Of a DNA stretch of 64,000 bases, positions 22,911 to 36,229 are shown in pieces. Numbering within the stretch: position 1 is the stretch's first letter; every line of letters starts with the position of its first letter. Under the pieces are notes generated by a model, which had not been told where the DNA came from, ran no database searches, and saw nothing but the letters and a program-made list of their open reading frames with translations. Source of the DNA: Mobula hypostoma (lineage: Eukaryota); contig NW_026948254.1 of NCBI RefSeq assembly GCF_963921235.1, positions 124,001-188,000 on the forward strand, given 5' to 3'. Made by a program: the position numbers and the translations under genes.

Positions 22911-25599
22911 TTGAAAAAAAATGTATCAATTTGTCAGATGGTCATCGAAGGGCTGATAAGGGGTGGTGATACGTGGTGATTAACTCCCATGGGTGAGTAG
23001 GGCTGGGATATTCTCAAAGAGTGATGGGTTTCCAAAGAGTGCTGATGTAGAGACGGACAAGGAAATGGAAGTTCAAACATCAGTGAAAATAGGCATACGG
23101 TTTGATAATGTGGTGTTCAGTACATTCCGAAAACCTGCCTTCAGTGACGATAACAATCATAATGTATAATATTGGTCTGATTAGAACATTAATGTTTCTT
23201 CAGTGAAGGGTGTGATAGCAGAGGAGCCGATGCAGAGGGATTTCGCCATGAAGCTGCAGAAAGCGGAACATTTCAGATATTCAGGGATCAGACTCTTCTT
23301 AAAACGGAGGAGGAACAGGTGTTTCATAGAGAATTATTAGCGACATTCATGTGTTCAGTAGTAGTAGACATTCTCTATATCAGATGCTTCGAATATGAAG
23401 GGAATAGGTTCAGTGGAAGTGGAAGTTTATGCTAAGTTAGCGTAAGTTATTGATTTTCCTGATTTCATTATGATGTGAGGAAATGACACAGCAACTTCAA
23501 TGTATCTGTACCGACCTCGGCTACTGTACTTACAGCGGTCACAGTGATGTCTCCCCTACACAAGAAAATAAAAGAGAGCGGCTGTGTGTACTTGGTCTGT
23601 TCCCTGTTTATTTGCACTATATTACTTAATCCACTGATACACAAACTTTTTGTCTCTGTCTCCAACACTCTCCACTGCCATCACGAGGCAGCACTTAAAT
23701 TCGAGGATCGGCACCTCATCTTCCAAATGGACACATTGCGACGATCGGGAATGCGCTGTACTTTGTTTTCGTCCGCTGGCAGAACTTCCCTCTGATTGTT
23801 TCTATGGTGATGTCCAGGTCCCCCTCTCGCCCCGGCAAGATAAAATCCTAAAGAACCACTCCGTGTTCTAATTTATTGTTCACCGCCCTGCAATCTTCAT
23901 GTTGGAACTTGGCACATTTACACTCTTGACCCATTTCCAAGGGTGAGTGTTAACTAGTTTTGCTTACTACGGAGACTTTTCCAATGGATAAGTTCTACCA
24001 GTCTATTTTTCTTTTTCAGACCTTGAAACAACATCTGTTTCGCGATTCACGCTGGAAAGAAATAATGGGTCATAATTTGCCAAACGTCTATGGTCAGAGC
24101 AAGCCGATCTATGGCAGCGAATAATGTGGAGGCATTGCTTGGCGTGGTGTAGTGGCGGATGAATGATATCTAAAAGTGTGCGAGATTTCCTCCAGGATGA
24201 AATGCACATTGTCACAAGCGGCAGAGAAATCACTTTTGTGTACACCGACTGTGTGTTCCTTACACTCCACGAACAGTCATAGAATAGGAAAGGAAATAAC
24301 CAGGAAAATAATTTTACACTGACAAGGCGTCCCACTTGATCCTGATGAAATCTTCGTGTTTCTGACATAGGGTCATCATCTTCTACGACGGTTGCCATCC
24401 TCAGAGTTGTTGCTACTGGTACTCCTGAAATCAGATATTTGTATTCATTTCCTTATCAGATCAATCTGTTAAGATTAATTTTCGTTGACTCTATCTGTAG
24501 GGCTTTCCCCCCACGCTTGTGATCCAAGTAATTAATTTTTCTCCTGTCAATCTGTTTTAAACGAGACCAACTAGGTTAGCCAAACACTTGGCTCAGACCA
24601 CCAGGTGACATGCTGTTCCTTCGGCTAGTTTGTTTCTTTTTTTTTTCTTCTCATCTGAAAATAGTCTCTGGTTTAGCAGATCAGAAGCAATGAGAAAACT
24701 ATAAGGATAATATGACTAAACAAAACTCAATGTGTCCACCTGTAATAGCTCTGATTAAGTCTTCACTGAGTGACAATAAATATTTTTTTTCCCCATTGCC
24801 TAGTTCCACTGCCTTTGCCTCGCTCCTGTTTACTGATCTGCAGATTACAGTTCTTTCTGGAGAACGCATCTGTCTGTATGTCTATTCATCCATCTATTTG
24901 CAGTATCTATATCTATCCATCTATCTATCTGTCTATCTATCTATCCGTCTGTCTATCTACCTACCTGTATCTCTCTCTTCTTGTTCCCTGCCCGATTGCT
25001 CCTCTCTCGACCTGTCTAACCGTATTTTGTTCATCTGTTGCTGCACCAGAAATTGCAGCTTTGATCGCAAGGAGATGGACATTGATTGACTGTTATGGAG
25101 ATGGAAATGCCTCTTTTCTCAATCCTACTGGATCGATGTCCACAAGATGGAAATGCTGTGCTGTGGGAATGACGGCAGTTCACCATTCCATTGCCGCTTC
25201 AAGGCATTTACAAAGTCGGACTGAATCTCATGATCCATTAGCCAGCGATTCGGCAGTCTGCAATCTCTCACTTGGTGTCCCAGGTGTAACTGCATTGATG
25301 ATATATGGTTTGGTGGATATAGAGTGGCAAAAGTAAGTGAAGGTTCATGCCAACTGGCTGAGAAAATGAAGCACAGTGATGGACAATCAACTCAGATGAA
25401 AATATAAGTTCTCAGCCCCAATGAGTTGGCTGGACATACAACGGAATAACGTAAACAGAATGATTCAAGGGCAGATGAAGATTAACACCAAGAACCCTGC
25501 AGTCCATTTACAGGGAAGAGCTCCACTCTGATTGTCCCAACTGATCAGCGACTAGCATTCGGGTTCCGGCACTCCAGTTCCCCGCAGTGTGGGTAGATG

Positions 25600-26500
25600 C
25601 CGCTGTCCGTTCTCTAATCGCTTCGATCACCAGAACGGGAAGGAACCGTCGCGCACACCCTTGTCTCCCGATGCTCCTTTGGTCTCAGTATCCGAAAATG
25701 ACGAGGAGGCTGTCCTCAAGCAAGTGAATACAAGGTAAGCATCCGTTTCGGACGAAGCACTTGGCCGAGTACTGATGACCTTTTCCGGAAAAAGGTCTGG
25801 CTGTTGCATTTACGCAAATCTTCAGCCTCCCTCTGCGCAGTGTGTGGTACCCAACTGCTTTAAGCAGGCTTTCATTACACCAGTGCCGAAGATGAACACG
25901 GTAACGTGTCAAAATATTATCGTCCAGTAGCACTTACTTCCACAATAAAATAATTCTGAGAGACTGGTGTTGAAACATGTCAGCTCCTGTTTGAATGACT
26001 ATGTATCCGCTCCAGTTCGTCTGCCGCAGCAACAGGTCTACAGCAGATGCCATCTCCTTCTCTCTTCATGCAACCCTGGAACATCTGGACACCAAAGAGG
26101 CTTACATCATGACGCCGTTTACCGAATGCAGCTCGGAATTTAACACTATTATCCTCTTCTCAACGATCAGTAACACCAGGATCTGGGCCTCAATACCCGC
26201 TTGTGCAAATCGATCATAAATATAACATAGTCAGCTCCGATTTGCAAAATCATCACCTCCACGATCTCCATCAGCACAGCAGCGGCAATGTGTAACTAGC
26301 CCCCTTCTTCTCTCGCTTTACAAGTATGACTGTGTGGCTAAGCACAGCTCCAACACCATATTCAAGTTTGCCGATGACACCACCGGCGTGATCTGTATCA
26401 AATTGAGAGATGAATCACCAGACAGAAGGAGATTGAAATCCTGGCTGAGCGGTGTCATCAGACTCTCACTCAATATCAATAAGACCAAGGAACTGTGTCT
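25600..26500 (+). mobile_element. Old Rex1/Babar-type LINE RT fragment
   Basis: YRPVALTS, PLQF..RSNRSTADAIS..LH..LEHLD, SS.FNTI, KFADDT. Confidence 0.8.
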
Positions 26501-27107
26501 CCAAGTTCGGGTATGGCCCAAATGCCGAGCGGGAGACACTTAGACAGATAGACACAGGACCAGGCAGGCAGAGGACAGGAGGACAGGCTGAGCACTCAGT
26601 GCTTAATCGTAAGAGTTCCAGCTTCAGTAGTTCAGTTTGTTATTTCGCCTTTCGGTTGCGTTTGGTCGTCTTGTTTATCTGGATTGGTTCATTCTCCACC
26701 TTACTCTGCATTTCGCGCCACCACCATCCATAGTTTTTTCGCTACATCCACAGGATTATCAGGCTTGCATATGTTAACCAATCTCAAGATCCTTGTGACG
26801 TTCATCCTGCAAATGAAACAACACTTGATCAGGAAGTGAAGGACTTTTGAATGGAATTCGACCAACAAGCTGATTTGTGGACGAGAACGAACGAACCTTG
26901 ACTGATCCCCCCGCATATCTTTTGAATTTTGGAGGAAAGTGCAACGCAATTATGGCACGTCGAACATGATACATGGGGAAAGACAGAGATCATTATCTAA
27001 TATGACCATTGAAACTATGTGGTCGCATTTTTTAACGCTGCGACACCTCGTCTCCATTTGCAATTACATTATTTTTTTCTCGTTAATACTCGCGCATACT
27101 CACAAAC

Positions 27108-27263
27108 NNNNNNNNNNNNNNNNNNNNNNNNNNNNNNNNNNNNNNNNNNNNNNNNNNNNNNNNNNNNNNNNNNNNNNNNNNNNNNNNNNNNNNNNNNNNN
27201 NNNNNNNNNNNNNNNNNNNNNNNNNNNNNNNNNNNNNNNNNNNNNNNNNNNNNNNNNNNNNNN
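27108..27263. other. Assembly gap (probably a CA microsatellite, by homology with 58547-58610)
   Basis: Run of N preceded by ctcgttaatac...cacaaac, matching the reverse complement of the (TG)n flank near 58610. Confidence 0.9.
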
Positions 27264-27524
27264 GGTAGGTGAAATGGAATCGATCTCTGCTTTAATTGTT
27301 GTACTTGAAGATGTTTTGCTTATTTAACTACAATTTCGCGCATCAAATCAATGTTTTTGTTTAAAGAATCTAAATGTAATGAGCACAGACAGGTACCTCT
27401 ATGGATTCCGTTATCTACTAAGACACAGGTCCATGGAGAGTCCCGCGTCTAAAAAATTACAAGTTACTGCGACCTCGTAGTTAGTCACTTCGTCTAACGT
27501 GACCGGAAAATGTATTTATTATCA

Positions 27525-27742
27525 ACACACATCAAAGTTGCTGGTGAACGCAGCAGGCCAGGCAGCATCTATAGGAAGAGGCGCAGTCGACGTTTCAGGC
27601 CGAGACCCTAGTCCTGACGAAGGGTCTCGGCCTGAAACGTCGACTGCGCCTCTTCCTATAGATGCTGCCTGGCCTGCTGCGTTCACCAGCAACTTTGATG
27701 TGTGTTGCTTGAATTTCCAGCATCTGCAGAATTCCTGTTGTT
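27525..27742 (+). mobile_element. Penelope-like insertion with inverted pLTR forming an 87-bp perfect hairpin
   Basis: Arms 27523-27609 and 27621-27707; 14-bp TSD tgtatttattatca at 27511-27524 and 27743-27756. Confidence 0.88.
27610..27645 (+). ncRNA. Minimal type I hammerhead ribozyme motif
   Basis: AGTC-CTGACGA-AGG-gtctcgg-CCT-GAAA-CG-TC-GACT. Confidence 0.72.
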
Positions 27743-28240
27743 TGTATTTATTATCATCTCGTTTCAATTACAAAGTTCATTTTTAACGAGAACGTGCTTT
27801 TGTAGAGTGTACTGTTAAGCAAAGCGATATCAAGCAATCGTCCTTCGTAAACATTCTTCCACTTACTGGCCTTTAGCGGATTTACTAAAACTACTAACGT
27901 AATTTTCTTCATCACTGAGATAGTTTGAACAACAAAACATTTGAAATGTGCAGGTGGCTGTGAATAGTAATTATTATGGAAACTTGCATATAGACATATG
28001 ACCGATGTATCGGTTGATTGTCATCTCCAGCTTCCAGGCTACGAATGCGCTGATAAAGAGTTCATTTTGTGAGGGAAAGGTTTGTACGATAGAGAATGGA
28101 GAACATCACCGCACTTCATAGGGAGGATATCGTTTTGGAGTGAGCAACCAATTGGTCTTCTCGGAGAAATTTAATCCAGAATGGTCACTTTGAAGTAGAT
28201 GTGTAAATTTATTATCAAAGCAGCTATATGTCACCGTATA

Positions 28241-28788
28241 CAGTGAAACCCGGATTTTGCACGCCCCGATTTAACGCGAATTCGGATATAACACGATGTG
28301 TCATTGGACTCCATGTCCATCCATGTCCATGTCCATCCACACTCCCCCTTCTCCATCCTTGTATCCCTTTTGCCAATCAACTTCCCGGCTCTTGGCTTCT
28401 TCCCTCATCCTCCTGTCTTCTATCATTTTGGGTCTGTCCGCCCCCCCCAACTTTCAAATCATTTACTATCTCTTTTTTTCCGTTACTCCTCACGAAGGGT
28501 CTCGACCAGATGCTGCCTGGCCTGCTGCGTTCCACCAGCAGTTTGTGTGAGTCACTGGACCTTTCTCTAGCAGAAACAAACTGCTAGAAAAAGAAAACCT
28601 TTTTCTGTGAAAGATAAGCTTCACGCACTTGACGCAAAAGTCATACTCAAGATGCACGAGGCCTGAACCAACACTCCGTGGCTGGAAATCTCACGAAGAA
28701 AAGTTACGAGCGTCGCTTTGCAAAGTTGAAGAAGAAGCAGGTCTAAAAGCCAAACGCCAAACGATCGTGTTATAACGGGATTTCACTG
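28241..28788. mobile_element. Non-autonomous Tigger/pogo-like DNA element, with a Penelope fragment nested at ~28305-28550
   Basis: TA|CAGTGAAACCC ... GGGATTTCACTG|TA terminal inverted repeats with TA duplication. Confidence 0.65.
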
Positions 28789-28989
28789 TACGTACAAGAC
28801 TGAGATTCATTTTCTGAATTTCATAAACAATGAACCCAGTAAACATAATCAATGTCCAGACGTCGACACGGAAGCGTCGAAATTCTGGCTCTGAGATGTA
28901 GATGTAGATGTAGAATATTATTGAAAATACATAACAAAATACCAAAAAATTCAAGGTAAATGCCGGAAATTCCAAAAGAAGCTAGAAAC

Positions 28990-29605
28990 AATTGAACACA
29001 CTCCATGACCCTGGAGCAGTTTAACTCAATCTGATGACATACACAGGCAAAATCAAATTAATAGCATCATTCACCAAAATACTGGTTTAAAATATAAACT
29101 CATTAAAAGACACCATACCTTACTATAAACACAATCTGTCCCACTTTTAGTGTCAGAGTCCTACTCATTATACCACGACCGATTGTGGAGCGCAGAATCC
29201 ATAATAATCGTCCAGATGTAATATTACTGCATAAACACGCAGGAACAACGTACTTAACAGATATAGCCATTCTAAAAACATATAACATTCAGAAATCAAT
29301 AAGTGAAAACCACCGGAGACATGTCGAATTCAAAGGAGAAATTGAAAGACTATGGGCAAGAACAGGACAAATTCTGTCCCAATAGAAATACCCACAAGTG
29401 GTTTCACACCAAAAGGCCCTGCACACTAGCACTAAACAATTAGGGCTACACAACAATATCTGTGTAAGTATTCAGAAAGCTACTAAACTAACCAACACTA
29501 GAATAGTCCGGAGGTTCCTAGCATTTAAGAAACGAGTGTGCTTGGCTATGCCCATGTACCACAGGTTCTGAACTTTGAAAACATAATAATAAATGATAAA
29601 TAAGC
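28990..29605 (+). mobile_element. R4/Dong-clade retrotransposon 3' end (restriction-like endonuclease remnant)
   Basis: IHNNRPDVIL..K...TYLTDIAI...EIERLW (PD-D/ExK-type); TAA-rich tail near 29585. Confidence 0.72.
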
Positions 29606-29609
29606 AATA

Positions 29610-31400
29610 CATATCAAGAAAAGCAGATACAGAGTTCTTGAAAGTCAGTCCATAGCCTCTGGGAACAGTTCGGAGATGGGGTGAGGGAAGTTGATTGAAA
29701 TAATCCCCACTAGTTCAAGGGCTAATGGTTGAGGGGTAAGAACCTGCTGCAGGAGGCGCTGAAGCTCCTATACCTTTTTCCATACAGAAGCAGCAGGAAG
29801 AGAAGAAGGCCTTGATGGTGTGGGTCACTGATGGTAGATGCTGCTTTCCTGCGACAGCGCTCCGTGCCGATGTGCTCAATGGTCGGGAAGGGCTTCTCCT
29901 AGGCACCGGTATAATTAAAGCCTGCTTGAAGCAGGTATGTTCCTCAGACTGCCTATGCGAGAGATTAAAGATATCAATGAAAAGTCCAGACAGTTGCTCA
30001 ACACACGCCATTCGTACTCGCCCAGGTACTCAATCTCGGCCGGATGATTACCGTTGGTTCACTTTCCTGAATGATTCTGTCATGTCAGCAGTGACAGGTT
30101 CATCGGGGGCTGTGAGTGTTCTTGAAGACTCCTGCATGTCTTGACGGCCAGAGGGCATGTCGAGAAGGCATTAGGATCATCTGCAGGCAATGCCTTGTTT
30201 TCATCTATGTCGCTTGGCTTCACTTTGTAGGAAGTGATTGCATTCAAGCCCTGCCATAGCTGTCGAGCATTTGTCAGTGATTCAGGTTTGGCCCGCAGTA
30301 GCTTGCGGATCTTATGGTTCTGACTGGGGAAGAAGATGAATGACTTGGTGGGGACACACTCGTTTACGACTGTTTTTATAAAGTCCGAGACAACCACGGT
30401 GATGATCATTCCGATCCTTTGATGAGCCCTTAAACACGGCCAAGTTCACCGACTCGAACCAATCCTACAGCTGCTCGTGTACCTCCCGGGACCACGCTTC
30501 TGATGTCTAATCACCGGAGCCTTTCTGATTTCCTTATTCCTGAATGCAGGGAGGAGATGTACAGCCAAGTGATCAGATTTCCCGAAGTGTGGTCCAGGAA
30601 CAGTTGGCATCGCTAATCGTGGTATAGCAATACCTGGATGTGTTGTGACCCTTGGAGTTGCAGGTTACATTTTGGAGATAATTGGCAGGAAAATTTATTC
30701 AAACAAGCCTGATTGAAGTCGGCGACAATAATTTTAAAGACTGATTGAAGCGAACGAATGATTTGAAGGGTTCGTGCTACGCTGCTTCTTGTTTGCTGAC
30801 GATATCATTCAATACCTCGAGTGCTTGCCTGAGGTAGGCATTTGTCGGCATGTAAACTGGAACAGCAAGAAGAACGCTCTTGGTAGTTGGTCATTAAAGG
30901 TATCAGCTTTGGGAAACACGAGTGCGACAAGACAGCTGCGTCTTAGCAACTCAAAGAGTTTATACTGAACGACAAACCCTGACCTTTTGTCTTCTCCGAA
31001 TCAGCAGTCCATTCCATACTGTGTATCGAGAAACCTCCAGTCTTACCGACGGAAACGGCGGGTCTTGAGTAAGCCGTGTCTTCTTTAAGCGGGAAATGCA
31101 GCAAATTCTCATTTCTCTCCGACACAACGATCTATCTATAAGGTAGTTAATCGTGTTCGTCGGCCAGTACATTTGCTGAGAAGATGCAGGTTAGAGGAGC
31201 TTCATTCCTTTGCTTTTCTTCCTGGGTTACAGTCATCACCCCCCACCCCGCTTAGGTTTATGGCGACGTACCTTGGATAGCTTAAAGGTCTGGTACCTGC
31301 AAGGCTCACAGTTAAACGAACCAAATCATTCAGAAAATCGTGAAACCGCTAGTTCGTTAAGATGGTTCAAAAGTACAGTGTGTTAACTGAAGGGAATTTG
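29610..31400 (-). mobile_element. Old Rex1/Babar-type LINE fragments (endonuclease to RT region)
   Basis: ACVEQL.G.F.DIFNLS...CFKQA.IIPVP; LWQGL.AIT.YK; GKSDH motif. Confidence 0.72.
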
Positions 31401-31869
31401 CAGGCTGCCGTCTGTCGTGAAATTAGTTCAGATGTATAGTTAGAAGTTCTGTCAGCTGCCGCAACACGGCTCTGTGTTCCACCTGCACCATCTCACACAA
31501 AAGATCGTTTTCTAGTCGAACAAGGGGTTTTTAGAGGAGAAGCTGTAGAACTGAACAGACCTGAATGACTTTATCCTTTCTGTTATTGGAGTAGATGACA
31601 ACGCAGCATATCTCGGAGTGTCTCATTAATGAAGCCATGGAAAACGGCTAGAATGTTGGAAAGTCGGAAGTGCATCACCTTGTGCCCAGCGGACGTTATG
31701 AACGCTATGTTCCATATTCACCAGCCTTCAGCAGCAACCCCCCCCCCCCCACCAACTCCAGCCCCACACACCGCCCCCCACACCACCACCTGGCGGATGT
31801 TGATCGGATTTCTGCAGATCTGGACCACACGGTGTGTGTGAATTTGCTGTCCATGAGGGCATAGGTTTG

Positions 31870-33686
31870 TGTATCGTTACAGTGATCCTGGTGAGTCCAC
31901 CGTTGTCACTGCAGAGACGAAGATACTGCAAGTTCGGACAACTGGCTAGGCAGATGAAGCCGCGCTTTACCGCTTCGGCCATGCCGTGATAGATAGTTTC
32001 GGTCAGTGAAGGTGTGAGGGAGAAGAGAGTGCCGCGGGAATGGGAGATGTCCGGAAGGAGGCCATGTCTGTGAGGTGACAGGGCGTTTGCTTCTCTATTA
32101 CTGAAAGCGATGGCTAAGTTGTGATAGTCCTGTGCAGGTTCGGTGACGGCCGGGGTTCACTCCGTTTCCACGGATTTATTGGGCGGAGTCAACTGAGGTT
32201 GCAGGCCGGGATTCCGGCAGGTGGGTCTCCAACTCCACAGGCAAAGTGAGGGTCTTGAGTGGGCAGCCAAGAGTAACACAAGGTGAAAGGAGTGTTGGGT
32301 GAGGAATTGAATGGACTCATGGTGAACAAACCATGTGGGCGCCCGACCTGTCTCAGATCCCAAGGACGGTTCGTCAATGGCCGCGATGTCGATGGCGTGA
32401 GGGACAGATTCGGTTGGGCGTCCAAGCTGCACACACACTGTCCGATTCAGAAAGTAATCTGCTGCGCCGGTATCCAGCAGAGACTTCTTCGCCTGTAGAG
32501 CCGACGGACTGTGGGCAAGGACAGAAGGAGTGAGACGGGCTCTGGTAATGGAACGAGGAGCTGGGAAGAGCCGACTCGGTTGATATTTGATGCGTTGGTG
32601 GTCGGCTCCACCGTATTAGCTACGCAGGTTTTTGTTTCCTCCACCAACGCTCGGACTCTTGGGGGTGTTAAACAATCTCTCCCTAACACCGTGGGTCCTG
32701 GAGCCATTGGTGATGAGGCTCGTTCCATAAGATCGCTGTCAATACGGAGAGTCCGATTGATGAGGTTTCGCAGGTCAGTGGGCAACTCCCAGGTAAACAG
32801 ATCATACTTCAATTTCTCCGAGAGGCTGTGATGGAAATGGACAAGCGGCCCCTCCGCTATTCTAGCCGAACCCCGGGGCGAGGCTCCTGGACTGCACGGC
32901 ACGATCCGTGTCGCAGGTGAAGTGTCAGGTCCGCTGCCTCCTTTGCACATCTCGGATGGTCGGGAGGCGCAGCGCATGTCAGCGGTGACATCCTCATATT
33001 TATTGCAAATGCTGTCTTCATAAGCGGTCGCCCACCTCGTGCATTCAAGAGATGGACAAGGAAGACGACCTTGACACGGTGTATGAACATAGAGAAGTTG
33101 GAGCTCGAAGTGTAAGACGCTCTGGGACGGGAAATTGCAGCATCGGGTTAGAGATCCGTCAAAGCTTTCGGGCAGCAGAATCCTCGGTTCAGAGGAAGAA
33201 TGCTGACGAACCCGGAGCTCATACACCGAGGCGGAGACTTCGCTGAGAGCGATGGACTGTAGTTACCGGTTTCCTGCTGCTTCTGATTGTGTGTTCATGT
33301 CGGCGGACGATTTCCTTCAGGCGAACATACTTTTAGGTCAATCGACGTTTCTCTCATCCTGTCAGGAAATGAAGAGGAGTTTTGGCGTAAAGCTGAACAG
33401 CGGAGACGATTCAGCAGTATTGATAAGATTAATCAGAAACCGCATCATAACGAGCCACGAAGGGCCAGGAAGCAAGGGAGAACAGAAACTAAGTACAACA
33501 TGCAACAGGGTCATCTTCAGGCAGGGAGGGTGAAAGCTCGGAGCAACTGGTTCAGGCCGGCTAGTTGGATGAGTGAACAGGGACTGTGGATGAGAATTGA
33601 GGTTAAATGGACACTGATATCTGAACAGCTCCATTTTCCTGGCGACACCCCTCTGCATCAGCTCCATTGCAATCACATCCCTGACC
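31870..33686 (-). mobile_element. Ty3/Gypsy (Sushi-like) LTR retrotransposon fragment: 5' LTR (33360-33686), degenerate gag and protease
   Basis: EPRI..PE.FDG...C..F..Q..LHF, RWATA, LINRTLRIDS gag motifs; HHESIQF and WL.TQDP protease motifs; LTR bounded by TGTCAGG...CCTGAC. Confidence 0.78.
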
Positions 33687-33824
33687 GATGGGGAGCAGAA
33701 AATTACCATATGCTAATCAGGCAATAGTATCTTTTATATATTACTGCACCATGACGTTTCCCGTCAGTGAAGGTACATTATCAATCCGCTCACTACCGTC
33801 ATTGATGTTTGGAATTCCATTACC

Positions 33825-35742
33825 TTGTGCGTCTTAGAAACGCAGCGTCCAATATTACGGACCTCCGGCACCCAGGCCGTGCCCTTTTTCTCACTGTTAC
33901 CATCAGGGAGGAGGTACAGAAGCCTGAAGGCACACACTCATATAGTCATAATCATAGTCATAGTCATAGTCATACTTTATTGATCCCGGGGGAAATTGGT
34001 TTTCGTTACAGTTGCACCATAAATAAAAAATAGTAATAGAACCATAAATAGTTAAATAGTAATATGTAAATTATGCCAGTAAATTATGAAGTAAGTCCAG
34101 GACCAGCCTATCGGCACAGGGTGTCTGACCCTCCAAGGGAGGAGTTGTAAAGTTTGATGGCCACAGGCAGGAATGACTTCTTATGACGCTCTGTGCTGCA
34201 TCTCGGTGGAATGAGTCTCTGGCTGAATGTACTCCTGTGCCCACCCAGTACATTATGTAGTGGATGGGAGACATTGTCCAAGATGGCATGCAACTTAGAC
34301 AGCATCCTCTTTTCAGACACCACCGTCAGAGAGTCCAGTTCCATCCCCACAACATCACTGGCCTTACGAATGAGTTTATTGATTCTGTTGGTGTCTGCTA
34401 CGCTCAGCCTGCTGCCCCAGCACACAACAGCAAACACGATAGCACTGGCCACCATAGACTCGTAGAACATCCTCAGCATCGTCCGGCAGATGTTAAAGGA
34501 CCTCAGTCTCCTCAGGAAATAAAGACGGCTCTGACCCTCCTTGTAGACAGCCTCAGTTTTCTTTGACCAGTCCAGTTTATTCTCAATACGTATCCCCAGG
34601 TATTTGTAATCCTCCACCATGTCAGCACTGACCCCCTGGATGGAAACAGGGGTCACCAGTATCTTAGCTCTTCTCAGGTCCACCACCAGCTCCTTAGTCT
34701 TTTTCACATTAAGCTGCAGATAATTCTGCTCACACCATGTGACAACGTTTCCTACCGTAGCCCTGTACTCAGCCTCACCTCCCTTGCTAATGCATCCAGC
34801 TATGGCAGAGTCATCCGAAAACTTCTGAACATGACAAGACTCTGTGCAGTAGTTGAAGTCCGAGATGTAAATGGTGAAGAGAAAGGGAGACAAGACAGTC
34901 CCCTGTGGAGCCCCAGTGCTGCTGATCACTCTGTCTGACACACAGTGTTGCAAGCACACATACTGTGGTCTGCCAGTCAGGTAATCAAGAACCCATGACA
35001 CCAGGAAAACATCCACCTGCATCGCTGTCAGCTTCTCCCCCAGCAGAGCAGGCCGGATGGTATTGAACGCACTGGAGAAGTCAAAAAACATGACCCTCAC
35101 AGTGCTCGCTGGCTTGTCCAGGTGGGTGTAGACACGGTTCAGCAGGTAGACGATGGCATCCTCAACTCCTAGTCGGGGCTGGTAGGCGAACTGGAGGGGA
35201 CCTAAGTCTGGCCTGACCATAGGCCGGAGCAGCTCCAGAACAAGTCTCTCCAGGATGTTCATGATGTGGGAGGTCAATGCCACCGGTCTGTAGTCATAGA
35301 GGCCGCTGGGGCGCGGCGTCTTCGGCACAGGGACCAGGCAGGATGTCTTCCACAGCACAGGAACACTCCGGAGCCTCAGGCTCATGTTGAATACATGGCG
35401 AAGTACTCCACATAGCTGAGGGGCACAGGCTTTGAGCACACAGGCACACGCTCAGTGATTCAGGTACATTTTCTTCCCCTCTGCCTTCCGATTCCCAAAT
35501 GAACAATGTTTGGTCAATACCTCAGTATGTTTTAATATTCAGTATTTCTGTTTTTGCACGTTTTTTAAAAAAAAATTCAATATACGGAACCGATTTACTT
35601 GTTTATTTACTGTTAATATTACATTATTTGTTGTTATTGTTATTCTTTCCCTGCTACTTCATGTTAGCATGGAACTGCTGCTGCCAAGTTAACAAATTTC
35701 ACGTCACCTGCCGGTGATAATAAACCTGATTCTGATTCTGAA
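33825..35742 (+). mobile_element. Rex1-type 3' fragment with (GATTCT)n tail, split by a younger Rex1 insertion
   Basis: Halves 33825-33940 and 35442-35742 join into a continuous 3' end; aataaacctgattctgattctga tail. Confidence 0.78.
33941..35441 (-). mobile_element. Young 5'-truncated Rex1/Babar LINE with an uninterrupted 443-codon RT ORF (34108-35439)
   Basis: DYRPVALTSH, LQFAYQ, FFDFSSAFNTI, GAPQGTVLSPFLF, KFSDD; AATAAA plus (GACTAT)n tail; 13-bp TSD aggcacac(a/g)ctca at 33928-33940 and 35442-35454. Confidence 0.95.
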
Positions 35743-36229
35743 TCCGCACTCACGAGAACCCGGTCACACTCTGTGAATATCTTAGCGATACTCACCCATG
35801 ACGATAATCACCACATACCTCAATATTGATCCCGATCTGCCGTTCAGTATCCATCTAATGAAATTAATCCCATAACCCAGGACCCATGATTTATTACTGC
35901 AACGAGTATCTAGTCACAGTGGAAGTCTTTTCTTGTGTGTCAGACCACTCAATACATAAGCACTTCGTCAGAAACAAACCACAGAATATAGAATACTGTG
36001 TAGTATTCCCAGTGGAAATGCTGGTCGGTTCGTCGAATATGTAAATCCGTCTACCTACCTCACTATTAACAACGCTACCATTTTTTTTCATCTACAAAAC
36101 AACTGTCATTGTTGGTGCAAACGTAATGAATGCTGATGCTCTGTCGGTTGAAGCATTTTCACCATTACCAGGGTCATGTGTAGGGTGATTGAATGACTTT
36201 GCTTCATACCGGTGCGGACATGTGACGGG

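Larger units (their letters stand above)
22930..28000 (-). repeat. Far-upstream part of the duplicated receptor cassette of copy B (inverted homolog of ~57850-62800 and of 49190-54450)
   Basis: Colinear reverse-complement matches, e.g. 23040-23140 vs 54250-54360 and 62620-62730; 24180-24270 vs 60540-60571 plus 61498-61555; 26590 vs 59100. Confidence 0.7.

Noticed and set aside
27499-27786. Mirror ORFs on both strands (also 14220-14429 and 45736-46068)
   Set aside because: Products of the Penelope inverted repeat, not proteins
32447-33226. Domesticated gag gene (PEG10/RTL-like)
   Set aside because: Gag motifs switch frames, the adjacent protease is broken and an LTR is attached; ordinary decayed Gypsy element
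34108-35439. Host gene or autonomous retroelement
   Set aside because: 5'-truncated Rex1 copy with tail and TSD; lacks endonuclease and promoter
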